Positions 31,366 to 45,572 of a stretch of 64,000 nucleotides of DNA are shown here, piece after piece. This DNA is from the human T2T-CHM13v2.0 reference genome, Homo sapiens. Each line of letters starts with the position of its first letter. Positions within the stretch are counted from its first letter, which is position 1. A program made the position numbers and the translations under genes. The notes under the pieces are model-generated. The model was not told where the DNA came from, made no database searches, and saw only the letters and a program-made list of their open reading frames with translations. The stretch lies in assembly GCF_009914755.1 (NCBI RefSeq), contig NC_060936.1, one strand, 5' to 3'.

Positions 31366-33459
31366 TCCTAGGCAATTTTGGCATGTATTTTTTCTTCTAT
31401 TTTTATTTGCATCCTGCTGAGCCAAAAAGCAGTGCTTACTATGTTTCTAGCTTTAAGAAATGAATTCATAACAAAATTACTCTGGAAACAAACAAATAAA
31501 AGAAGGTCACTCAAGGCCATTCACTGGGAAAGCATGTGGACAGCAATCAGCAATGCCACAGATCTGAGGCAGCTTTTTTCACTGTTCAATCAAGGAATGA
31601 ACAAGGAAATTACAAATTAGTAGGAGTAAGTTCATGCCAATAATCCATTTATTGGCCCATAGTTTCATAGGTATCCAGTTTATTCTACTACTAAAAGACG
31701 TACATGCATAACCAGTTTCCCCAGCAAATGGAGAGAGAGTAGGCCAGAAATTCCCCAAGCCCACCAAGAGAAAAGGCTGGTGGACTGTGGTTCTCCTTCA
31801 TACCACATGTAATTAATCTAATCTATACATTATTCACTACAGCGCCTAAAGCAGGACCACAATGTCACTCACATTTTCTTCTAGTTCTTATCATCCATTC
31901 CCCTAAAATCAAAATAAAACTTCAGTGTTTTTTATCAACTAGTAACATGGTAGTTAAGAACACATTTATTATTTTGTATCTCTATTCTGTGGAATTTTAG
32001 AGAGCTATTTTAATGCTTTGGGGTCAATTGCACATATAAAGTATTTAGAACCAATTGCATTCCAGCTCTCTGATACTTGAATACTAAAGGAGATCCTGTC
32101 TATCCAGCTAAAACCATTTAAAATCTGTGAAATGCAATGGGATGAATCTGTCTAGAACCAAAAGAAAACCTATATTTATAGCAGCTGATTTATTTTGTTG
32201 ATATACAGTATGTACTGTGGTTTATAATTTTTAAGGCATGTGAACTGGGACATATTGGATATTACAGAAAGAGTGAGTTGATGATTTACAAGACTTCATA
32301 TCAGGCCTATTGACCTTCTCAATAAGAAAGGTTGGTTGTCGTAACAGCACTGAAAAATGCAGCCCTCGGGAGTCAATTTAATGTAGAATAAACTCTTTAA
32401 CAACCAGCAAGATGGCCGTATCAGCTGCTCCAACTGCAGATTATGCTGCTGCTGTAAAAAGCACATTTTTAAGAAAAAATGCTTAGGCCTTATTTTTGAA
32501 AACATATGTTTCTCCCTTCAAACAAACCAGCACTTTCTCCCACATAGGCACCCTTGCACTATAAGAATATCAGGTTTCACAACAACAACAAAAAGATGTG
32601 AGGAGGGAAAAGACCACACCCCACTATCAAAAGAATGCTTGCAGCTATTCGCTTAGTGTTCTTCTAAAAATTAATCATGCACCACAAAACAAAAATGTAA
32701 CTGTGTGCCCTTTATTCTAATTAAATATGTTTTTCTCATCCTCAATGCAAATGATATTAGTCCGTGTACAAGCCAATAGAATCAATCAATAGACTTAGCA
32801 ATTGGTGATACTTCATGTTAACACCCTCCCTCTGAAACTGATCTTTTGAGAACTAGATGCTTCACTTAATTACTGGAGTCATATGTCAAGGGAATTCCAA
32901 AACTAGTCAAGCTAAGCATAGTAAGTCAAGTAACTCAAACATAGTATGTCAAGGTAAAAAATAATAACAATAATAATAATTCTAAATGTGCTTTTCTATT
33001 AGCACAGATTTTCTGGCAAATTGTTTACCTCATACCACTGAAAATGAAAGAAAAACAGATACAACTTGCTTGATATTTGCCTGTGTTTTTTGGTTTTTTA
33101 TTTTCTCTTAGTATTCCATAAGCAATTAGCTGAAATCACTCAGGGGAAAAAAAGCAGGATAAGACACTATTGAAAAAGTCAAGCTTTAAAAATAAAAAAT
33201 ATTTGTGTTTATGAAACCTGATCTTACTCAGCAGTCGAGACTGAATCTATAAAACAGTAAAACAATGGGAGGCCAAGTGAAAACCTTAAACAATAGATAG
33301 GGCAGTCTATTATCTGCCAGGCAATTAGTTTGATTGAGTCTTCCTACTGTGCCAATCGTTTTGATGATAAAAACAAAAAAAAATAGAATTTTGTCTCAAA
33401 GTTTTTCTTTTATTTGTAAACCCTCCCAAATATAACTGTCTCCTAAAACCTAAGCCATT

Positions 33460-33612
33460 GTATAATGTCATCTATTTGTGTCACTGTCTCCCTATGACTT
33501 TGTGAAGTCTTTGACAGCATGACCATTTCTTAGTAATCTTTGCATTCTCCAAATCTGGTATAGTATCTGGCACATAATAATCATTCAATAAATACATTTT
33601 GAATTGAATTAA
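33460..33612 (+). mobile_element. L2 3' end
   Basis: tagtatctggcacataataatcattcaataaatacattttgaattgaat. Confidence 0.7.
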
Positions 33613-33739
33613 CTGTAAATGTGCATGTCCTTTAAATACTAATAGTCTTCAGTAGCCAAATGCTGATAGTCACCAAAGGGTTTCTGAAACCCAAGTGTCC
33701 TTTTAAAAGTATCCAGTAAGCAAAAATCGAACTAGTATT

Positions 33740-34100
33740 TAATCATTTGACGTATATTTATGGAGCAACTACTGTTTGAAATCATTCTAATTGGCCATGT
33801 GGAGGATTAAAAAAACATTAAAATGTAGCTTTTGCTTTCAAAATTTATCCCTGCCTTTACTCAGAGCAGGGATATAAAGTTTAAAATCTAGTAAGGTAAA
33901 GAACACAAAGACCTGAAAGTCACACAGGAATGCATGAATCATGCCTGGTGCAGAGTACAGGTAAGCATCACCAAGGCGCACAGACAAAGAAGGCATTTCC
34001 TTAAGCTGAAGACTGGGTGACTAGAAAAAAACAGGTAGCAAGTAGGATTTGATGTAAGTCATAAGGGGGAAATTTGCTATACTTACTAAAGAAAGGAAAG
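33740..34100 (-). mobile_element. L2 fragment
   Basis: tatatttatggagcaactactg; tttaaaatctagtaagg. Confidence 0.5.
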
Positions 34101-34714
34101 AGATGAGTCGTTTGAAGGAATTTTATATCATCTCACCAACTTCCCTTTCCCCTTTGCGCCCATTTTTAATCAGGCCTGAAATGGAATGGCAGAAGGAGAG
34201 TATAACACTATGGTAAGGATGTAGGTGAAAAATGTATGCTGTGCTGGTTGTGTGGATTCTCCTTCAACCACCGCACTGGTATAAAATGTCCATCATGGCA
34301 CTGCCTTCATGGCAAGCTCTGCAGGGTTGGAGAAACTCTCTCTCTGTGCTTGCTGGAGCTGGGCTTCCTTCAGCATTGTCCTGTAGCTCCCTGAGGGGTC
34401 TTCTAAGGTCTACTTTTCTAACATGAATTCTGGTTACAGAAAAGCTTCCAGAAAGGCAAATAACATAAAATGTGACGTTTTGAAAGATAAAGTACATGCA
34501 TTCTAAAAATGTTTCATTATAGTTTGGACAAAAGCAGGCTGGCAAATACATTCATAATACATCCTACAATACAGTTTTACAGAACATTTTTTGAATTGGG
34601 CACAGAAAATATTTTCTTCCCAATTCAGCTACCTTAAATCAATCTGTCTCTCTTCCCCTCTCTCTCTGTCTGCCCCCCTCTTCCTCCCCCCTTACCTCCC
34701 TGTCCCCCCCACAC

Positions 34715-34717
<3 letters not shown>

Positions 34718-34752
<35 letters not shown>
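34718..34752. repeat. (CA)n microsatellite after a C/T-rich tract
   Basis: Seen directly. Confidence 0.97.
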
Positions 34753-35318
34753 GTCATACAAACACATCCAGATTTCCTGGAATGAACATCCAAGGATTTC
34801 TACAAATTATTATGAATCCTTAAAGACTTAGTAATAAAAAAAAGACAGGAAAAGTGGGAAGGGCATTTGATTACTTTTTAGAATGGTAATCTCCAAAATA
34901 TTTTAAGTTCTGCGCAAGTGCACTAACTGATATTTAAATTAATGTTTAAAAGCTCTTAACTCAGATTTCATCTAAGATGGCTCTTCTACCAAAAGAAGCC
35001 AGGTCAATTTTCATGATGCATGTTACTAGACATTCCTTCTGGGATAGTCTGACCTGATTTTACTTGATTACCTGATTCTGGGTTTGAAACGAAGTTATCT
35101 TAAAATAGCGCCTTGAAGTAGCCCTAATGACAGAGGGTGAACCCATTCCAAAAGGGGCCTGAGAGCATAAATGGCTTTGAAGTCTCCTGTTTCATGAAGT
35201 CTCCTGTTTCACTCATTTCTTGCTTATTTTAATATAAAATCAATTTTCACTAGAACTTGGGGGAAAAAATGTTCCTTAGGATGTGCTCTATTCTACCTTG
35301 CATACTGAGATACCGTAG

Positions 35319-35720
35319 TGTTTTGTGGTCATCCCAAGAGCAAGAACAACCTTCCTCCCAAAATTGGCTAGGATGTTGAGAATGATGACACCACATCTCA
35401 CTAATAGGGTGTGAAATGTTGATTATTCACATAAAAAGGCTTTCTGGGGAGAGCAGGGCAGCTGGTGGTCCAAAATGATTTTAACAAAGGAAAAGGTGAG
35501 TGGTTTGGAGTTTTATTGTGGTTAGGGAATGGGGCCAGGTGAAGGTTTCCACCTGAAGTCCAGGTCTTAGGTGGTGTGAACTTCTGGCCAACCCAAGAGA
35601 AGGAGAATAGGGGCTTTCTGATCATCTGCCAGGTTTGGAGCAAGAGAGGAAGAAGGAATGTTGAGGCTTAAAGGATATCAACAGTCAAGTATCAAAAATG
35701 GAGTCAGATTCTTCATTAAA
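35319..35720 (-). mobile_element. 3' LTR of the ERVL provirus
   Basis: Shares cccaaaattggct, gatgttgaga, gttgattattc, ttctggggagagca, gaatggggccag, agtcaga with the LTR at 41030; PPT-like cagggtgaat (minus) at 35721-35730. Confidence 0.88.
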
Positions 35721-35885
35721 ATTCACCCTGAAGTTTGATGGATGATGGAAATGTGTCACGTCTCATTTATTTGAATTGGAACTGGCTTAAAAAAAAGCCG
35801 TTGTGGTGTTCTCTGAAGCCTGTGGCAGGAGGTCAGGAAAAGTCCAGCACTGCGGATTTTTAGAAGTGAAGTGACACTGCCTTTG

Positions 35886-36400
35886 GGGATGAGTTTCCCA
35901 CTACTGCTATAACCAGTTGCCACAAACTTAATGGCTTTTAAAAATTCCACAAATGTATTACCTTATAGTTCTGGAGGTCAGAAGTCCAAAATCAGTCTCA
36001 CTGGGCTAAAATCAAGATGTTAGCAGGGATGGTTCCTTTTGGAGGCTGTAGGGAAAAGTCCGTTTCCTTGCCTCTTCCAGCTTCTACAGGCTGCCTGTGT
36101 TCCCTGGCCGTGCCCCCTCCCTCCACCTTCAAAGCCAGCACTGCAGCCCCAGCAAATCTCTCCCTGACTCTGACCTCCTCCTCCATCTCCACATTTCTTT
36201 CCCTAACTCTGACCTTCTCACTTCCCTCTTATAAGGACCCTTTTGATTATATTGGTTCCATGGGTAATTAAGGATAATCTTCCCATTGCAACATCTGAAA
36301 ATTAATCACATCAACAAAGTCCCTTCTATCGGGTAACATATTCGCAGATTCTGGGAATTAGAAGTGTACATTTGTAGAAGGCCATAATTCAGCCTAGTGT
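35886..36400 (-). mobile_element. MaLR solo LTR, MLT1D-like, nested in the provirus
   Basis: agttctggaggtcagaagtccaaaatcagtctcactgggctaaaatcaag; ccttgcctcttccagcttct. Confidence 0.88.
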
Positions 36401-36697
36401 ACTTCATAACCATCAATCAAGTCTTGAAACTTAAAGGGGCTAAAAAGTGTTTTGTTGAGGCTTTGTATTTTGGCTTTAGTATATGCAGACACATGCGTAA
36501 CTTTAATTTATATTTGGGGTATCTGTGAGACAAGAAACTTTTAGAGGTTTTTTTTTTTTTAACCTCAAAAGGGGAGGGCCTTGGATATGGAATTGTTGTT
36601 GGTGGTGCTTAGATTAGACAACCAGATTATTCTCAATTGTTCAAAAGTCTAAAATTATACAGGTAGGGCTGATTGTCGGCCAGGGTATCCTCTAGTG

Positions 36698-37167
36698 CAG
36701 TGGTCCCCAACCTTTTTGGCACCAGGGACCAGTTTCATGGAAGAAAATTTTTCCACAGATGGGGGGAGGGGATGGTTTTGGGGTGATTCAAGCACATTAC
36801 ATTTATTATGCACTTTATTTCTATTATTATTACATTGTAATATATAATGAAATAATTATACAACTCACCATAATATAGAATCAGTGGGATCCCTGAGCTT
36901 GTTTTCCTGCAACTAGATGGTCCCATCTGGGAGTGATAGGAGATAGTGACAGATCATCAGGCATTAGATTCTTATAAGGAGCATGCAACCTAGATCCCTC
37001 ACACATGCAGTTCACAGTATGGTTCATGCTCCTATGAGAATCTAATGCCACTGCTGATCTGATAGGAGGTGGAGCTCAGCTTCACTCACTCACCCGCTGG
37101 TCACCTCCTGCTGTGTGGCCTGATTCCTAACAGTTACCAGTCTATGGCCTGGGGGTTGGGACCACTT
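36698..37167 (+). mobile_element. MER1A hAT-Charlie element nested in the provirus
   Basis: TIRs cagtggtccccaacc / ggttgggaccact; 8-bp TSD ctctagtg/ctgtagta. Confidence 0.92.
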
Positions 37168-38003
37168 CTGTAGTACTAAGGTAATTTCCTGAAGTCAGGG
37201 CACTGTGCTGACCTTTGGGTCTTGTCCTTGAACAGGGAGGTCCCAGTTAGGGGGTGGACAGCAACAGGTGGCCAACAGGCTCCACTGTAAGTGATAGCAT
37301 TGCTACTACTATCACTGGAACTACCATCCAGTGGCACAACCATCCAAAAGTGCACAAACTCCCTTTCTGATTATCCTTTTGGTCCCAAGGGCTTCCCAGG
37401 TAACCAATGGGTCCAGGAGAGGAGTGACCTCCTTTTGTGACATTGTACCTATCAAGGAACTGAAGACGAGGGAAGCCATTTACTCCTGTAAGTTGAATAT
37501 GCCAGGAGGCCCAGAATTTACTCTACTCTGTAAATCTCATTTTTATTTCAATGAGAAGGGCTTTGTGGCCATGACAGCCTCCATGACCCAAGACATAATG
37601 GGCAGCTAGCTGCAGAGAGTCACAGGAACCATGGGAGCCTCCATTTCCAGAAGCGCCTAGTATGTGGCCAAGAGCTGTCATTCCAGCAGTGTGTTATGTA
37701 GGTTGAAAGGGCAGTTTCTTGCACCCACGAACAACTTATGGCCTTCATCGTTGTCCAGAATCTCCAGGAGCCTTGAAAGAAGCTTACCAAAATATCTACA
37801 GGGAAGGAATCTCTAGGGGGCACTAGTGTATGTACTGCAATTTGGATAGATTTTAGAGCCTTTTGTTGTAAGGGATCCCAGTCAAAATGGGCTGATTTAT
37901 AAGTAACAGTATAAAAGGGCGTAAGCAGAACTTGTAAATGAGAAATATACTGCCTCCAAAACCCGCAAAGACCTAAAAAACGTTGGGCCTGTTTTCATAT
38001 TGA

Positions 38004-38545
<542 letters not shown>

Positions 38546-38981
38546 AAGATTTGCTTCTTAACAGTGTTAGGGATAGAACATGGAGCATGTCAGGGGTGAC
38601 CAATAATTAGTTGGAATTTTACTCAGCTGTCCAAATTCTGTACTTCGTGTGAATCAATGGCCCATCCCTTTTTATGAGAGCTCCTTTGTGAGTATTTTTA
38701 GGTCCGGTATGAGTGTGCTAAATGATTCTCCTTGGAGGAGAATGTCATCCGTATGATGTCATACCTGCATTCCTGGAGAAAGTTGGATATGGTTGAACTC
38801 TTGCACAACGATGATTGTGTACAGTGGAGGTCTGTTGATATGCCCTATGAGTAACCAGGTAAGGGCATATTGTGTCCCTTCAAAAGTGAAGACAATCTGT
38901 GGTGAAGAGGCTGTTCAAACAGGCACTAAATAAAACAATATCAGCCAAATCTACAATAGCAGAATATTTTTCAGTTGCTGA

Positions 38982-39319
<338 letters not shown>

Positions 39320-41029
39320 TGGAAGTCTTAATCATGATATCATAGCATTAAGGCTGTGGTTAACGCTATAAGTAACATTCATTTTACCCAATGTTACCTA
39401 CTATTGGGTAGCATTCATTTTCATCAGATTTGAGCACTGGCCAAGTTGGACTATTAAAGAAGAAGAAAGTAGGAACGATGGCTTCTTCCTTTAGTAGGTC
39501 TGGTATGATGGGTCTTAATTCCTGTAGTTCTTGTTTGAACACATGGGTCATATTAACTATTTTAACTGAGACAGGAGACAACAAGGTTAGCTATGTAGGG
39601 TTCCATTTTGTTAATTGTTAGTGCCAAAGACTTATTTTTATTTCAGTTTGTTACTCAATGCATCAGATCATTCATGCCCAGATGCTCACTATGGGATATT
39701 TTAAGACAATAAACAAATGAAGCAAAATAATACTTCCAGTGGTTAAGGTGAGGCATACACGTTTGCCTTTGCTTTATGCCTGCTCTTTGAAGTCTGTACC
39801 GCCGCTGCAAGTATACGGGGTGCCTTGTTTAAAGCAATTTCCAGGTATAACTGTAATTTGATCCCTGATGTCAATTAAGGCCATGAAAGTTTGTCAATTG
39901 GCACATGTCAGCAGATGTTAAGGTTAATTTAAAACCATATTGTAGAGGTACAAAAACCAATTGGCATCCTTTTTATCTATTTTAGTTTTTGTTTCCTTCC
40001 CTTCTGTCAAAGTTTTTGTTCTGTTTTATTCGAATGGTTACTGGATATACTTTGCAAGAGAGGGAGGGTCCTTCCTACCCTACTCACATTTACAAATGTC
40101 TTCCTCCAGAGAGTCCCAAATTAGTGTCATCAGAGTTATGGGCTTTCCTCATGGCAATTATTGCTTTCCTGGGTTTAGGGACCCTAACCTTAAGTTGGGT
40201 TTGAATTAACTCCTTGTCATGTTGACAAGTTGCAGCACTTGATTAAACCCAGTCTTTGTCAGTCCATTTTACAATTTCATAGTTGTTCAACAGGGCAATG
40301 GTGTCTTCAGGCCTCTCAAAGGCACAGAGTGAAGCATTTGGAGCTACTTTTCATAAGAGTCTGTGCCAAGGGTGCATTCCCTTAAAACCCTGAGGATTAT
40401 GACATTTTTAAATGACAGAGACATAGGTAGCAACAGCGGAACCAGCATTTTGTAGAGTCCTCATAAACCACCGGTTTTTTGGAGAGTGGACCCCAGCACT
40501 CCACCTAGTGACGACTCTTCCTCACATCAGTGATCACCTGTTGAGCCCATAGATTAGAGAAGGTGTAGTCATTCTCCTGAGCAGTCTGTAAAACAAGGGC
40601 CAATGCCTGCTTGAGACATGCAACCAATGATCATAGGCAAAGAGTCATTCCCAAATCTAGTGTTGGCCACTGCTTATGCTGAAATCCAGGCACACAATTC
40701 AATCCAAGACTCATGCAGAGATCCGAGCCACAAGGCATGGCCCAGAGCCACCTTAAGGAAAGTGCTCACCTCATACTCCTGTCCCTAAATGACAATTATT
40801 AAAACTTCCAACTTAGGTCAGTGAAATCCATGACAGAGGCTTGGTTGGAGTTGGCAAATGTAGCATAATGTTACACAGCTCAAAGCTCATGCCAGCCAAC
40901 AAGCAACAGCTAAAAGCGCAAACTCTCCAGTAGGCAGCAGAGCCAGTTAGCAAGCCAAAAGCAGGAGAAGACCCCCAGGTGGTAGCGGTCCAGATGGTGT
41001 GGCCTCGACCACCTACTCATAGCACCAGT

Positions 41030-41443
41030 AATTTTGTGGTTGCCCTTAGACAGCAGGATCAATCCTCCACCCAAAATTGGCTCAGATGTTGAGACTGGTG
41101 CTATAACACACACTCCAAGAGGGTATGAAAAAGGTTGATTATTCTCATAATGTGGTTTTCTGGGGAGAGCAAGGCAAGCACTCAAGCTGCTCTGAAATGG
41201 CTTGGCTGGAGGGAAGGATGAGTAGCTTTGATTTTTATTATTGTTGGAGAATGGGGCCAGCACGAAGGTTGCCTCCCACAAAGGCGGGCTTGCATAGTTT
41301 AACTTCCTACTGGTGCCAAGGGAAGGAGCTCATGAATTTTCTTACTGGCTCGTCCAAATGTGGGGCAAGAAGAGAAGAGAAAGAAATGGGCCTCAAAAGC
41401 AGTCAGTAGCTGAGAAACAAAACAGAAGTCAGACTCTATCAAA
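41030..41443 (-). mobile_element. 5' LTR of the ERVL provirus
   Basis: Homologous to 35319-35720; followed on the minus strand by PBS-like TGGTGCTATGAGTAGG (41012-41027). Confidence 0.88.
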
Positions 41444-43199
41444 CCTAGCTTAAGAACTACGATATTAAAACCTTTTCTTCGTTTATTCAGTAATAAAAAT
41501 TTTTCCCCTCGTTTCCCTGGAAAAGTAATGTCTAAGGGATCTATCCTTTGATCCCTGAATCTCCAGAAATATTCCTAGTGCCAGGAGCAGAGATTCAATC
41601 TCTACATGTGCAAAAGATAAATGGTTAGAAAAATATCTGAAGGCTTCAGCAGAGTGCAACTCGGTGATTTTAAATACCCCAAATTGATTTACCCTATGCT
41701 TAGGCTAGAATCAGGAGTAATTAGGAATTGCTTTTGCACTTTTCCTCAATCAAGAGTGAATACATTTTTTTAATTTTAAAAGGAAAGTTAGAAACTTACT
41801 ATTTTTTGTAATCTAGAATCTGGATGCAAAAGAATGCAAAAACTTTCAGAGAAATAATACATTTTGTTGTCATTAAAGCGATTACCCTTTTCAGGGGGGG
41901 AAAAAAATAACTTTCCAAATTAGATACCTCAATAAAGACAGAAAGTTGGTCTGTAAAGAACACAAGTCTTGTTTTTATGCCATCACCGACTCTGAGGGTT
42001 TCCGGCCTAATCGTTTTTGATTTTTTTCTTCCCAGCCAACTTAAAAGATTTCTTCACAATCAATGAGATCAACTATCTGGTCCATTCAGTGTAGTTATTA
42101 TGAAGGCAAAAACAATGAATTGACTACATTTTCAATCCAGTTTTGTTATGGGAGATATTTCAATCAGAGAGACATGCTTATAAATTTTCTTTGAGAGGAA
42201 ATCTGGGTGGGAAAAGAAACGACGGTGTTAGCCAATAAATGTTGCTTTTCAAACCTGCTAAGGCTCTCAGATGATTTATCACTGTTTGAAAGCTGTGGGC
42301 TATTTTATAAAGGAAAATGTATTTTCACTTGCAGTTGTGTAAAAATTTTTTCAAAGTCACATTTATAAAACTCATACCACCTGAAACTAGAAAACTAAAG
42401 TACTCTGGCCAATCAATAGCTAATGGCCTTCACCAACAAGGAAGCCCTGAAGGATCTTCTGCTTGTCTCATTTCAAAATGTTGAATTTCACATATCAGAG
42501 ATCTCCAGATGTTGGCTTCACATGTGCCTTTCTGAAAGGAGTCCAGCTGAGGGTGGGTATTTGAATGGTGTCCATAGAAGTCTCCCCAGTATTCCTGGAG
42601 TATTCACCCCTATCTGATAAGGGAAAGATGAAAAAATAGCCCTAGGAAATCAGCGACTTTGGAAGGCACTATTTTAAGAGTTTCTATGTCATGGCCTGTG
42701 TGGTTTGCAGAGATAAAGTGGCTCTGATCACCCACAGCCCTGTTGAGTTAACAGGCCTGGTGAAGGGTGGAAGATACTGCAATGAGATACTCCATGGAAG
42801 GGCAAAAGAATGTAAACCAATTCATCACGCTTCATTTTTAAATCAATGGTGAGATTTTTAAGTGAGACAGTACAGCATTTAGCAAGCCTGGTTTCTAACA
42901 GTAGCTTCAGAGAAAACTTCAACCCCTTAAAATGAAGCAGTCCCTAATATTGATCATCCACTGACAGTTCACTAATATTCCATGGCTTACCCTTACTAGA
43001 CTTACCCCAGGTAAAATCTATCAAAAATCTTCTTGACCTCCAGAATTTGTGTAAAGAGGCCACTCCTTCTGTTTGAAAAAGGAAAAGCCTCCAGCCAGAA
43101 AATTTAAAAGGACATGTGAAAAATGGCTGAAGTGAGATTTTTAAGCAGATAAGCTTCCTCACTATTTCCTCTGCAAGTCCAAGTTTAGAAATCCCCTTC

Positions 43200-43295
43200 T
43201 TATTCAGTAATAAATAATTATTGAGCACCTACGATGTGAATAATGTGAGGCCAGGCTCCATGGAGATACACAGATGAAGAAAACATAAAGGCAGA
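43200..43295 (-). mobile_element. L2 3' fragment
   Basis: taaataattattgagcacctacgatgtg. Confidence 0.65.
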
Positions 43296-44774
43296 AGATG
43301 GTGAATCAAAGTGGGGAGAGGAAAGAGATGTGCTCTTTTGATTCTTTTATTCAGTTCATTAGAAATAATGACTCATGAACTCATGGCTATTTTAAAATAT
43401 TTGTTTACTTAATTCTATGGATTAAGGCTTAACAGTGTTATTATTTATTTTGTTGCTAAAATTATTTCAGCTTTGGCCATTACAGGTTCCTTTAGGTTGG
43501 TTCCTGTGTTCTTTCAACAAGCACACCTCCATCCCACACTCCTCTTTTTGGGTGTGAGCATTTCCTTATTTTCTGGCACCACAAGACGTTCCAGCCTCAT
43601 TTTATATTTTCCTTGCACCAGCCCTGGAATGAATCACTCTTTAAGGAGCCCGTTTTTCAAGTTTTATTTTCAATTGAGAGATAATAATATTCATGGAGTA
43701 AAATGTGATGTTTTGATACATGTATACATGTGATATATATACATACATACATTTTGATACATGTGTACAATGATCAAATCTGGGTAATTAGCACATTCAT
43801 CACCTCAAGTATTTATTATTTCTTTGTGAGAACATTTACAATCCTCTCTTTTAGACATACATTTTCAAATAGACATTATTATGAAGTATATTCACCTTGC
43901 TGTGCAGTAGAGCATCAGATCTTACTCCTCCTAGCTGTAACTTTGTAGTCATTGACCCATGTGCTCTCCTTTCCCTTTCCATCTCCCGACCCCACTCTCC
44001 CAGTCTCTGGTACCTACCATTCTATTCTCTACTCCTACAAGTTTGACTTTTTCAGATTCCATATATAAGGAGAACATACAATATTTGATCTCTGTGCCTA
44101 TCTTATTTCACTCAACATAATGTCCTCTAGGTTCATCCATGTTGTCACAAATGACAGAGCTTCCTATTTTCTTGAGGCTAAATAGTGTTCCATTGTGTAC
44201 TAATGCCACATTTTTGAAATCCATTCATCCATTGATGAACACTTAGGTTATTTTTGTGTCTTCACTATTGTGAATAATATTGCAATAAACTTGGGAGTGC
44301 TGATATCTCATTGATTGGCATATTGATTTCAATTCCTTTGGGTATATACCCAGTAGTGGAATTGCTGGATCACACAATAATTCTATTTTTACTTTTTTGA
44401 GGAACCTCCATACTGTTTTCCACAATGGTTGTACCATTTTACATTCACACCAGTAGTACAGAAGGATTCTAATTTCTCCACATCCTCACCAACACTTATT
44501 TTTTCTGTTTTATTGATAGTAACCAACCTAATGAGTGTGAGGTGGTATCTCATTGTAGTTTTGATTTGCATTTCCTTAATGATTAGTGAGTATCTTGAGT
44601 ATTTTTTGAGTTATTAAAAAAGTTGAGTATATTTTCATGGGCTTATTGGCCATTTTTTTTTCCTTCTTCAGAAAAATGTCTACTTAAAAGTGCTTTGCTC
44701 GTTTTTGAATCAGGTTGCTTTTGTCATTGTTGTTGAGTTTTAGGAGTTCTCTATATATTTTGGTGATTAATCCT

Positions 44775-45146
44775 TGTATTAGTCCGTTTTCATGCTGCTA
44801 ATAAAGACATACCCAAGACTGGGCAATTTACAAAAGAAAGAGGTTTATTGGACTTACAGCTCCACACGGCTGAGGAGGCCTCACAATCGTGGCAGAAAAC
44901 AAGGAGGAGGAGCAAGTCACATCTTAAATGGGTGGCAGCAGGCAAAAAGAGAGCTTGTGCAGGGCAACTCCCATTTCTAAAACCATCAGATCTCTTGAGA
45001 CCCGTTCACTATCACAGGAACAGCACAGGAAAGATCCACCCCCATAATTCAATCATCTCCCCTTGAGTCTCTCCCATGACACATGGGAATTGTGAAAGTT
45101 ACAATTCAAGATGATATATGGGTGGGGACACAGCCAAACCATATCA
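44775..45146 (-). mobile_element. THE1 (B/C-like) solo MaLR LTR
   Basis: tgtattagtcc...cagccaaaccatatca termini; TSD atcct/atccc. Confidence 0.94.
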
Positions 45147-45171
45147 ATCCCTTATCAGAAATATAATTTGA

Positions 45172-45572
<401 letters not shown>

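Noticed and set aside
33846-33874. 9-bp hairpin tatccctgc/gcagggata (similar 8-bp one near 59931-59954)
   Set aside because: Short, within degraded L2, expected by chance in 64 kb
40910-41281. 123-aa ORF across the LTR/PBS as gag
   Set aside because: Lies within LTR and leader; no gag motifs
42020-42100. Acceptor-like tttttttcttcccag as a coding exon start
   Set aside because: Reading frames close within about 20 codons and no good donor follows
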